Below, piece by piece: positions 12,060-24,090 of a stretch of 44,179 nt of DNA. A program made the position numbers and the translations under genes. Where the stretch lies: positions 1 to 44,179 of the forward strand of contig JALDZS010000191.1 in assembly GCA_022813965.1 (NCBI GenBank), written 5' to 3'. Under the pieces are notes generated by a model. The model did no database searches and had not been told where the DNA came from. It saw only the letters and a list, made by a program, of their open reading frames with translations. This DNA is from Toensbergia leucococca. Lineage: Eukaryota. Within the stretch, counting starts at the first letter, position 1. Each line of letters opens with the position of its first letter.

Positions 12060-14189
12060 GCCCCTCCCATCAGTGCAGTCCCCCTCTTCCTCATCTCCCC
12101 CAGCCTCTCCCCATGCCGCCGCCGCCCCGTTCCCCACGAACATTCTTCCAGCAGCTCCCGAGAAAAACTCTTGATCGACCTATAAAGGTCTTTGCACTGC
12201 CCACCAGCATCCATCCTCTGCCGTTTTAATGTGGGCTTGATTCCACTTGCGGACTCTTTTGACTCGAGCCATCGTCGGCGGGGCCACTCGTCCATCATCA
12301 CTATCGTCCCCCTTTATTTCCTTTCAACCCTTTCCGCCTTGTCGGCCCCCCTTCCCCCTTTGTCCCTGCGACTTTCTCCCAAAGGTCTTTAATTCGCCAG
12401 CAGCATCCATCCTTTGCCTCTCTAACGCGGGCTTCGTTCCACTTATCTACTTTTGCCTGCAGTCATTGTCGGCGGGCCACTCGTCCATCATCACTATCCT
12501 CCCCCTCTATTTTCTTTCAACCCTCTCCGCCTTGTCGCCCACCCGGCCCCGATCCCCTCTCCCAAGAGACCTCTGACCGCAAGCTATGTATACCGAGAAT
12601 ACGCACAGGCCGAAGCCCCTGAAAAAGTCTGCAACAGTCCACAACGCTGCAAAGAAGCTTCAGAAGTTCATCTTCTCTCTAGCAAATCTCTCCCTTGCCT
12701 CCCAATCCCTGCGTCTATCCCCCTCAATTCTCTCAGTTGGACACTCCTTCCACTCCCCGCGGACCTAGCAACCCTTCTACCCTCAACCCTTCCCATTGAG
12801 CTCGCCTCCTCTTCCTCATCCTGCCAAGCCCGTCTTCGTGGCGCCGCTCTCCTGTTCCCCCTCGTCCCCGCGACGTCCCTTGATCTTACCATGGATCTAG
12901 CAGCTATTGTTGCGGAGCATGCGTCACCATCATCTCCCATATGACTTTTGGAGTCTGATAGCTCGCAAAAAGAGCCTCAGAAGCTCACCTCCTTACCTAC
13001 ACCTCCCCCCTCTCCATATTCAGAGCATCCTCTAGCTCTAGCCCCTCCCCATCCATTAGCGCCCCCCCCTGTTCTTCATCTCCCCTAGCCTCTCCCCGTG
13101 CCGCCGCCGCCCCGTTGCTCCCGAGAAATCTCTTGATCGACCTATAAAGGTCTTTAAACTGCCACCAGCATCCATCCTCTGCTGTTCTGACGTGGGCTTG
13201 GTTCCATCTACGGACATTTGATTCGAGCCATTGTCTTCGGGCCAATTGTCCTTCATTATCATCCTCTCCCGCTATCCCCTCGGTCCTAAAGTCATGATTA
13301 GTCCTCTATCTTTCACCCTTCTACCACCAGCCCTTCCCATTGAGCCCGCCTCCTCTTCCTCATCCTGTCAACCCCTTCCCATCGTGCCCGTCCCCTCTTC
13401 AACATCTCGCCAGTCCTGGTGGTGGTGTCCCGACCTTGAACAGTCAGGACATCATCACCAAGACCCATCTCACGCGAGTCGCGCCCTCTTGATGTGAGCT
13501 TCGTTCCATCGGTTCACGTTGGCCTCAAGCCAATTTCGGTGTGCCGCTTGACCCGGATTATCTCGCCCCCTAAAGTCATGATCAGTTCTCTATCTTTCAC
13601 CACACCACCACCGCCATTCTTTCACTCACCTTGGCCCCATTGCAAGTAGCTCCATTCTCTCGGAAGATCTTGCTGAGCGTTGCGCAGAGTGAAATGCACT
13701 GCATACAACTATTCCAGCACCTATCTCGCGCCCTTCAGATATGGGCTTCATTCCACTTATTCAAGTTTGCTTCAAGCCAATTTCGGTGGGCCACTTCTCC
13801 CGGATCTTCTAAAGTCATGATTAGTCCTCTTTCTTTCGCCACAATTTCACCGCAGTTCTGGATGCTTACCTCTCTCACATGCTTCTCAATTCCGCTCCTT
13901 CATCGGATCTCATCCGGTCCCTCGCTTGGTATGATGACAAGCCCAGTACGCCAGCCAGGAATGCCCGTCCTGGTTGCTGGTGACGAGGCTGGTATCCCAT
14001 CTGCTGACCTTGTTTTCAAGCCACTCCCGCCTCACCATTTCGGCCGGCCTGGTGCCTGTCCTCCTAAACGCATGTTTAGTTCTTTCTCTTCCGCTCCCAA
14101 CTTTCATCGCCATTCTTGCTACTTACCTGGTCACTAATTCCACCTTTTCCGCGGATCTGCGTCTCCTCATTTCTAAATGCTGACAGACT
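12060..14189 (-). pseudogene. Tandem array of ~6 disrupted copies of an orphan spliced gene (exon2-intron-exon3 modules)
   Basis: Homologous introns 14126-14064, 13869-13809 and 13629-13570, plus a partial one ending at 13286. Repeated peptide RRxWLExxVxxWNxAHIxxAxDGCWW. Stops and frameshifts throughout. Confidence 0.7.
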
Positions 14190-14729
14190 CTGTACACGTA
14201 TCATTAATGATGATGTAAAGGTGCTGTGCATTTGTCGTTCTTATTCGGCGTTGTGATTTCTCGGTGCAGCCTGTGAGCTGGCGATTATGTGTAATGTGCT
14301 TCCGGATCTACGATAGACGTAGCGATGGGTTGCCAGGACTAGTCGCTAGCTATGGTTCAATGAGCTTTCGAAGTCAAGTTTGTAGATCTATCCTCGCGTA
14401 TGGACATGAATCTGGCGAAGGGTTTCCTAGGTAGATTTGGATTCTAGCCATTTTATAATGGGTTACTGAAGTAATGTGGAGGCTGGTCATTGATGCTCTG
14501 TAATGGGCTTCCGAGCTCTTGTGGGCCAAGGAACCCTGTGGTGACAGCGTCAACCGTCTTTGTGACTCTATTCGACATGCAATGGTAACGGAAGAGAAAG
14601 AAAGTACAGAGTAGGATGAATCACAGTGTCCAGAACCAAAGCAGCGTGGTATCCTATGTGAAGTAAAACGAACTTATTTGATTCATAAGGTAGCAGTGTC
14701 GTCAAAGATTGGGTTGCACCAAGATTTAA

Positions 14730-14845
14730 GAAGGGTTTACCCCCCAACCGGCCAGACCCCACTTATAGGGCTGACAAGCAGATTTCTGGCTTAGCCCTAC
14801 AAGGCTGGCCGGTTGGTGGGTTTGGCCGGCTTGGTCAACTTCCCG
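14730..14845. mobile_element. Short MITE-like hairpin element, copy 1
   Basis: Internal inverted repeat CTTATAGGGCT..AGCCCTACAAG with CCAACCGGCCAG/CTGGCCGGTTGG flanks; homologous in inverted orientation to 36473-36612. Confidence 0.55.
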
Positions 14846-15170
14846 GGGACCAAGAATAAGGTATTCTATTCTACACAAATACTCACGTTTCTCAGACGTT
14901 TTACTGAGGCAATTTATGCATACTCAGTACCCTGAACCTGGGTGAGCCGGGCGCGATATCATCTGAGGAAACATCATGATTTCACTCCAGAATTACCTTA
15001 GTATGACTTGATTTCTGTCTACATTTGCATGTCATCTTCCTTCTGAATTAAATGCTATCTAGAAACAGACTGATCTAAAAAGGGAATTACTAATCGTACT
15101 CTCCCTCCTGATACATATTCTCCCTCATTACCTTTGCATGCTTTCTACCTCTCAATTCGCATGCCATAAG

Positions 15171-15861
15171 TTGCACGCCATTGGTGAATGATCGCCATCC
15201 ATGGATCCAGCTACTATCCATGGATGGCGTACACCACCCCTGAGCCATTTCATTCATCTCATGAACCATAAAGCGACCAATAGGGTATACCATTCATGAA
15301 TAGAAGGGTCTCATCATCACCTATGAGAGGTGAGCGAGGCTTTTGCTACATCAGCCTATTGCTCAGGCGCAGAGTTACATGAAAAACCATCATGATTTCA
15401 CATCACATGTTGACTGAATTCTCTATCTCTATTACCTCTTCTTTTCGCGTGCTATTTATAAGCAAGGTGGCAAGGTACCACATCCAGGATCAGTTTTCCT
15501 CACCTCAGGGCGGAAAAACATCGCAATTTTGCACGCTATTTACCTCCTGAATCACCTCCTTTCAAAGTCATGAAATCAATTAGTAGGTAGGTGAGTATGT
15601 GAGTGAATAGTGGATAAGCTGATAAAACGCGTCCCACATGAGGTGTCAGAATAGTAATTGCCTTAAATGATGGAGCTTTCTATCTAGCATCATAAGTCTC
15701 ACCTATGGGTGATGATGATGAGACCCTTCTATCCATGAATAGCATACCCCATTGATCGCCTTTATGATCCATGAGATCAATTTAATGGCCCATGAGTGGT
15801 GTACGCCGTCCATGGATAGTAGCTGGATCCATGGATGGTGATATTCATCAATGGCGTGCAA
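15171..15861. repeat. Long imperfect inverted repeat (arms 15171-15334 and 15698-15861), MITE/foldback-like
   Basis: The ~164-bp arms align as reverse complements (TTGCACGCCATTG.. / ..CAATGGCGTGCAA); ~360-bp non-coding spacer. Confidence 0.85.
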
Positions 15862-16246
15862 AATCTACCTCCAGCTGTGTTTGAATGTCATGATGAAGCT
15901 TTTGACTTACCCCTTTTACTTATCCACTCAATATCCCTTCCTAACACACTTCTCTTGGCAAGCTCTGGGGGATGAAACCGAATCCGACTTCCAAGATGGA
16001 AGGTTAAGCCCACTAAGCCACTCTATCATTTCTGTATTTTAGCTTAAGTTTTTTCGAGAGAGGCATGCTTCACGAGGCCGTTGTCAGATGTCAATCGTGT
16101 AGGCATGTGCAAAAAGTGTGTTGCTTAATACTTATAACAGCAGCCCACCAACCTTTGCAATACCTCTCACAATCGTCACGGCTTTGTCAGACTCAAGTAC
16201 TGAAGTTTTTCTCCTTAAGGTCCGCTGCACACAAGTTCTCCCCAGC

Positions 16247-17017
16247 ATGTTGACGCCGAAGACTGATGGCGTTGGTCGGCCTAGAAAGCTTTCAACCTTC
16301 CTGAGCAAGTTGAAGTTCAAGTTTGCTCACACGCCAGTCAACAAATTAATGAGGGAACCATATTGCAGACCTGCTCTTCTCAATGACGAAAAACGCCCTC
16401 TCATTCAGCCTACTATGTTCCATCCTGACCATGTCTGCACAAAAAAGGCCCGGCTACCGATACCGATTTCTCCGAAACACCACTCTGCGCCAACTAAAAG
16501 CACAGCGATCAAGGGTAAATATGCTACAAGTCGCTTGAACGTACTTCCGGCAACCGTAATGCGAAGGATCATTGAACTCCTTGATGAACAGGTCCTGATT
16601 GATTTTGACCGGATGAACAATTGGTATTTTGTACGACATGGTCCAAGCAACATCCGCTTCTTCATTCCGCTGTTTGTAATGTATGAACAGCTTTTTGGCG
16701 AGAGTGTCGGAGATCCAGAAGTCATCGCAGCAAATGAGAGTACCAGCGTGATGCTGTTCTTGCTTCAAAAACGAGTAATGCCAGACTTTAAGCTTGGGGA
16801 AGTCGAAAAACAATTCCAAGGTTGTAAAAGTGACGGGAGGGGTGTGAGGAGAAGCTTCTGCAATTCCTCGGAATTCCAGGCTATCGTTCCTAAAGTGAGG
16901 TGGTATCATACAACGAAGATGACTTGTTCTTACTGCGGTTCCAGAGAACACGCTTGCCAGCGTATCATGTGTTCTTGTTGGTGGATGTCATTAGGCCTAT
17001 CTTCCAATGTATACTAG
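16247..17017 (+). CDS. Hypothetical protein (256 aa) with weak F-box-like motif and C-terminal Cys/His cluster
   Basis: Intronless ORF; SRLNVLPATVMRRIIELLD resembles an F-box start; CSYCGSREHACQRIMC near the end. Confidence 0.5.
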   Translation: MLTPKTDGVGRPRKLSTFLSKLKFKFAHTPVNKLMREPYCRPALLNDEKRPLIQPTMFHPDHVCTKKARLPIPISPKHHSAPTKSTAIKGKYATSRLNVLPATVMRRIIELLDEQVLIDFDRMNNWYFVRHGPSNIRFFIPLFVMYEQLFGESVGDPEVIAANESTSVMLFLLQKRVMPDFKLGEVEKQFQGCKSDGRGVRRSFCNSSEFQAIVPKVRWYHTTKMTCSYCGSREHACQRIMCSCWWMSLGLSSNVY

Positions 17018-17155
17018 GTAGCCATAGGCTGTTGGTATGAGGCGCTGGTTGAACGAGTTTCAGGAGTATGTGTTTAGATTTGGTCGTGCCTGCTTCTTCA
17101 GGATTGTGCCTGCTTCTTCGGGATGTCCAATTGCTGTACATACTAGTAAAAGCCT

Positions 17156-17383
17156 CCTTCTACCTGCTCTTCATTCGTCCTCAAGTCTCTCTCCACCACC
17201 TCATAACACGACCTGTTTTCCCTTGAATTTCTCGTGAAACCTGCATTGCCTTTTTCGGAGACATACCAGAACAAGCGTCCTTCTACCTGCTCTTCATTCG
17301 TCCTCAAGTCTCTCTCCACCACCTCATAACACAACCTGTTTTTACCTTGAATTTCTCGTGAAACCTGCATTGCCTTTTCGGAG
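17156..17383 (+). repeat. Near-perfect tandem duplication (~105 bp, period 123 bp)
   Basis: 17156-17260 matches 17279-17383. Confidence 0.9.
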
Positions 17384-17591
17384 GCGTCGTGAGTATCTGC
17401 AAATCAGCCTGTCACCCTGCGGTGCAAGCTTAGGGATCCCAAGGTATACAATCATCAAGCCTGAAGATCCAAGACTTCTTCCTGACCTCGGGATGCTGAT
17501 TCATATAGCTCCTGTTCTATAGTAACTCAAAGTAATTCAGCCCTCGCCCGTTCAAGTCTCCTTTTCGACGTACCCGGCACACCACGCAGTC

Positions 17592-18422
17592 ATGCTATTC
17601 AGCTTCCTTTTTATCACTGCATTCCTTGGCCTCGTTTCCCTCCTCGCCCAGACCGAGTCCCGTCACGACAGTCAAGATGAAACGAACACAACCATAGATC
17701 ATGAAGCATCTCAGAGATTGCTAGATCAAGTGGACTCATCAGCCCTTCATGCCGCCTCTCAACATTATTCTTTCCAAAAATCCAAGCATGAAGTATATCA
17801 CGAAGACTGTTCCGCGCTAGAGACAGGACATAGAGAGAACGCTCGCATATCTACAAGCATGTTCGCAATGATCAATCGGCAAGAAACAAGCAACCCGTCT
17901 TCTTTAGTCATAGTTGCTGCCTCAAGCTCAACAATAGTCAATCCTGAAGAGGTTAGCAGAACCGGCTCCGCGACGCCTGTCCCTCAATTTGAGTCATTGT
18001 TCAGTACTGTCGAAGGCTCTAGCACTAAAATATCTACCATCCCTGAAGCTAGCAAGTCTCAGTCAGCGAAGCCTGTTCCTCGGTCTGAATCCTGGTCTAG
18101 TATTGTCGAAGGCTCTAGCACCGAAATATCTACCAGCCCTGAAGGATCCCCCACTGTAACATTGACTTTTGCGAGCTCACCCTCCTCCATATTGTCCTCT
18201 GTAGCTAGCAAGTCTCAGTCGGCGGGCTCAGTATTCACGACAACCAAGTCTGCCGGCGTTCCGGAGCTCAGAAAAAAAGGTTATGGTAATTCAGATATTG
18301 AACGAGAGACAATGGCTGACAGAAGTGTAGACAAAGATACACATATTGGAAATTCTACCATCCTGGGGGGGGTGGCAGGTGCAGTCGGCATCGCAATTGC
18401 AATCATCGTCGGAGCGCTGTAA
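17592..18422 (+). CDS. Secreted Ser/Thr-rich, probably GPI-anchored or C-terminally anchored protein (276 aa)
   Basis: Signal peptide MLFSFLFITAFLGLVSLLA; S/T-rich body with a 32-aa internal repeat; hydrophobic C-terminus GGVAGAVGIAIAIIVGAL. Confidence 0.75.
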   Translation: MLFSFLFITAFLGLVSLLAQTESRHDSQDETNTTIDHEASQRLLDQVDSSALHAASQHYSFQKSKHEVYHEDCSALETGHRENARISTSMFAMINRQETSNPSSLVIVAASSSTIVNPEEVSRTGSATPVPQFESLFSTVEGSSTKISTIPEASKSQSAKPVPRSESWSSIVEGSSTEISTSPEGSPTVTLTFASSPSSILSSVASKSQSAGSVFTTTKSAGVPELRKKGYGNSDIERETMADRSVDKDTHIGNSTILGGVAGAVGIAIAIIVGAL

Positions 18423-19028
18423 GTGTTTTTTTTCTTTCTGGATACCAACCGTAACGCAGTTCTCGCATTTCTCGTGTGCATCTTTCCTCGAATGCTGCTC
18501 TGATGATCATGTCTCTTCCTCATCTCACACCGCACACCGTTAATAATCACTGCAAAGTACTGCGTCAAGGTGGACGTTAAACGCACTCATCCAGCTGGAA
18601 AACAAAGCATTTCCGCTTCATCAACAGATCTACTTCACGTAGAGGAATTCACATATATCTGACTCCGAAACTCCGTTGCCTGCAATGGCCAACTCTCAGG
18701 AGCGCACAATCAGCGCCGTAAAGCATTGCCTGATCAATCAAAAGGTTACGGAGTATCTCCTATCCAGGATCTGTGACGTATCACGTCGTCAAAGATGTTG
18801 AATCAGCACCAATGCACGATCTTCTAGAGCTCAATTGCCTGAGTATATGCAGTCATGGACGGAAGTTTACCGTACTCAACCCATAGACTTGCGAGTTTTT
18901 TCCTGCAATGTCAAGTCTCTTTCAGAGATCTCAGTTGCTATAGCCTCATAGGCGGCATGCGGAAATGATAATACATACGCACAACAAGAAGTATATAGTA
19001 ATTGAATATCACTAATTCTTGTATGCAG

Positions 19029-19584
19029 GGCATTTCACTTCTCGCAAAGAGCGGCACAATCTGCCGAGAAGATGGAACTCATGGCAATGCAGGACAGGTG
19101 AGTGAAAGAATGGCTGTGGTGGTGTGGCGAAAGAGAGAGGACTAATCATGACTTTAGGACCGAGGGGATGGCGGGAGAGGATGATAATGAAGGACAACTG
19201 ACCCGCAGACGGTGGCTTGAGTCAAATGTCCGTAGATGGAATCAAGCCCACATAAGAATAGCAGAGGATGGATGCTGGTGGTAGTTTAAAGACCTTTATA
19301 GGTCGATCAAGAGATTTCTCCGGAGCTGCTGGAAGTATGTCGTGGGGAACGGGGCGGCGGCGGCACGGGGAGAGGCTAGGGGAGACGAAGAACAAGGTGG
19401 GGGCGCTAATGGATGGGGAAGGACTAGAGCTAGAGAACGCTCTGAATATGGAGAGGGGGGGGTTGTCAATAAACTTCTGAAGCTTTTTTGGAGCGTTTTG
19501 GAGCGTTGTAGACCTTTCTTGGGGCTTCGGCCTATGCACGTATCTTACAACTATAGCCGTAGACGTAGGTATAGTATAGTATGA
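19029..19584 (+). pseudogene. Best-preserved W-rich copy of the orphan family: exon 19029-19097, intron 19098-19157, exon 19158-19584, one premature TAG
   Basis: ACTAAT..GCAG acceptor; 69-nt exon AFHFSQRAAQSAEKMELMAMQDR; GTGAGT..CTAAT..TTTAG intron; TAG at 19282-19284 where the 13.1-kb copy has CAG. Confidence 0.7.
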
Positions 19585-19991
19585 TGAACCCTTGAATTAC
19601 AAAAAAGCAATTCCTCTCATTTTAGAAGTTTAGTACCTATTCTCCGTAAATATCCGTCATTGATTGCATTGTAGTGGTGGCATTACATTTAGCCCAACAG
19701 TGTTAGATAGGGGCTGTAGGGCTACTAGGGCTGCAACCCTAATGATTCTAAACGCTGAAAAAATCGAAAAGCTTTTGAATTGTCGAAACTCGTCACAAAC
19801 GACTTGAAGACAAGCCAACTAACACCTCAACTATTAATGCTCCTGGAGGAGAAAGAGTCTTAAACTTGAATAGAGTTAGGCCATAGATAATTGTCCTCTA
19901 CATACGCACAAAAGCACACCGTTGTCGTGCAGTTCGTCCAAGAACTTCAATCCCTGATCGTTCAACCCGTTTTCCACCTGCTCCTTCGATT

Positions 19992-21350
<1,359 letters not shown>

Positions 21351-22774
21351 TTTCCTAGATATAGGTGGTATCTAATTTGGAAGGGTGTACTAATTAGAGG
21401 CAGTGAAAAATTGCTCAATGATATCTTGCATTGATGGTTGTCAATATTACAATGCCTTCTTCTGGATTCACTTACGAGTATTGTCCTTGTCTCTGGCACT
21501 TTTTATTCTCTTTATTCAAGTGCCAGAACATGTAATTCAACATCTGTTATGGAAGTAGTCATTAGTGGTGGTGTAAAGGTATAATGTTTTTACAAGTCTT
21601 GTTTCTTGTACTTTCCATGCTTTTTATCTTGGTAATGCAATGTGAACTCCAACTAGTGTCTTGGGTTCGCTGTTCTGCGAGCAACGTCTTATTTCTTGTT
21701 GTTTGAAACGCCCAATGCATACATGATGTTCAGTCCTGGCACATTTCATGATTTTCACCTTGGGTGCTGGAACATGGACTCGGTGTAGAAGAATGGATAG
21801 GAGAGATCCATCCAGGCTAATTTTGAGACACAAGTAAGCCATCATTGCCAGTATTCCGCCTTCCACAGTAAGTCAATCTCGCTCCAAAACATTTCATTAA
21901 TCTCACCCTCAACTTCTCTTCATACTCTCCGCACAAACCCAGAACAGCATCACTGGAAGCACACAATAGACTCACTAAACTCTCCGCAGCCAATTAATCA
22001 ATAAGCAACATGCCTTTTGCGTTTGAGCGAGACGCTTATCCTTCTTAAAGCATGATGGTCCCGAATCTAGCACTACTCGTCGACCATTGTCAATGTATTT
22101 CGCGATACGGACCAGATGGTTCGTTACGTCGGGTTCCAATCGTGGATTGCTGCTCTGCCAGCTGTAAACAGTACCAAGCGTACATTCTACCTCCACCCTG
22201 TCCACTTCCCACTGTGCCCAAAGATGACAAAGAGTGAGCTACGACGCATGGCAGAGCCACAGATATTCATTTCTCGAGAATTACTTGAGCGTTTTTATCA
22301 CCCTCACTCCAGGTAGTGAAAGAATCTTAGGGGTCTTGCGTTTGTTATTCAGATCGTCAGAGTCGTTGTAAGTACATTCTTCGGTCCCAAGTAAGCTTTC
22401 ATTGATATTCTGATATCGTGTTTCATTCAAAAAATAATGACTCTCAGTCTCTCATCTTCATCATATTGCGTCGAATTGTTCTGCTGCATCTCACCAAAAC
22501 TTCAACGATGCTTTGTTAAGCCTTCCTTCTGCACTCTTTCTTTGTGATCCGTTTTGCTCACACTTTCCTTCCTACCCACCTTCAGCCATCAACAACACAC
22601 CGTCAGATAGAAGTGAACCCACCATCCACATTCATCACCGTCAACAACACTCACACAACAACATGCTCTGCTCACTGCCCCTCATAAAATCGACTCCATC
22701 CTCTCCTCCTTTGCTCCAACCCCCAACAGATCTTCTTTCCCTCTCCAAATCGTCATATTACCACATCATCAAAC

Positions 22775-23005
22775 ATGGGCGCCAACGAATCCCGGCCATC
22801 AGGCCATGTGCTCCTTTTTGGTGGCGTTCCCTCCAAGGCAGCCGGCGGCTGGGTGCGTCGTCGGCCACGCGGGAATTACTACAAGGGTAACAACGGTAAA
22901 GATGGTAATAAAAAGTAAGTTGAACTCACCAGCTCACCTGGTGTCTCTTTTTCCTTGCATTGTTCTCCTAGGTCTGCCGTTCGGGCATTGAGTGTTGAAA
23001 CATGA
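22775..23005 (+). CDS. Small putative peptide MGANESR.. (47 aa unspliced, ~57 aa if intron 22915-22971 is used)
   Basis: CAAACATGG start context after a CT-rich leader; GTAAGT..CTAG intron candidate; too short for the ORF track. Confidence 0.35.
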
Positions 23006-23219
23006 AATGTGCTGTTCATAGATCTATGACTCGGCTGCCTTATAGCTTCACTGCGTGGGTGCTGTTGATATCCATATCTCATGTGTCACATACCGCTATA
23101 TTTACCACCACCACTTCCTGCTTCTTTTCTCCTCGCTCTTCCCTCTTCATTATTTTCTCTTCCCAACCTGATTGTCCCTACCTCTACTCTACACATACAC
23201 ACGTCCTTAAATATCAAAG

Positions 23220-23810
23220 ATGGGTTGCTCTTCATCTAAGAACACCAGACTAGCCAACTGGGACGGCAGTTATTGGGGTGGGGACGCTAATCACGGCCCT
23301 CACGGCATTCAATGCAGGCCACACTGGTACTTTGACGATCAGGACGATGAAGAAGCTAACCCAAACGCAACGGATAGAAACGAGCCTGCACATGGTGGAC
23401 AGGGGGGCGCTCATCGCCCATCCGCCAATGGAGAAGAAGGGGGCTACCGATCTCCAAGCCAAGGCTCGTACGTCAGGGTGCGGCCTACAGCACCAGCTCC
23501 CCCACGGCACACTAGCCGTCAAAACACCAACGCTCGAGCCGCTGCCAACCGCCAAGATCGGACCACCACCAACCCTCGAGCCCCTGCCGCTGGTCATGGC
23601 CGTCCAACGGGCGCTACGCAACCACCGGCGTATAGGACCACGGATCAGAGACCTCAGCCAGGTGCCGCCGGTGGTGAGGGTGCGAGGGGCAGGAGGAGAG
23701 GCGGAGGTAGAGGGGATGGGCGTGGTCGTGGGAATGAGGGAGTTTTTATGATTCCAGGGTTTATGGAGGGGAGGGTAGGCGGTGGAAGGGCGGGTAGAGG
23801 GAGGAGGTAG
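23220..23810 (+). CDS. Orphan 196-aa protein with MGCSSSK N-terminus and RG/RGG-rich tail
   Basis: Intact ORF with AAAGATGG start context; myristoylation/palmitoylation-type N-terminus. Confidence 0.6.
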   Translation: MGCSSSKNTRLANWDGSYWGGDANHGPHGIQCRPHWYFDDQDDEEANPNATDRNEPAHGGQGGAHRPSANGEEGGYRSPSQGSYVRVRPTAPAPPRHTSRQNTNARAAANRQDRTTTNPRAPAAGHGRPTGATQPPAYRTTDQRPQPGAAGGEGARGRRRGGGRGDGRGRGNEGVFMIPGFMEGRVGGGRAGRGRR

Positions 23811-24090
23811 GGAGAGAGAAAAAGGTATGGGGGCGAGGTGATATGTGGGTGGAAGTTTTGTTGTGCGTGTGTGCGAGTGGTGTCTTTTTGTTAAAGTTTA
23901 CTTACCTCCGTGGCACCTACTTCTTTCAGGAAGCCAAGAGATATGACCCTATTTTAAGGTTTTGAGTGCACTATTCACTGTTTATTTTCATCTTTGTCTC
24001 GCCTTCTTTTCTCTTCTTCTTTCCCTCATTGAAAAAATCCCCCCATTCTCGAAAGCCCGCAAACTCTTGGAAAAAAACAATTCAACAACC

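Noticed and set aside
12453..14137. Plus-strand ORFs of 88-168 aa
   Set aside because: Antisense shadows; splice signals and conserved motifs are on the minus strand.
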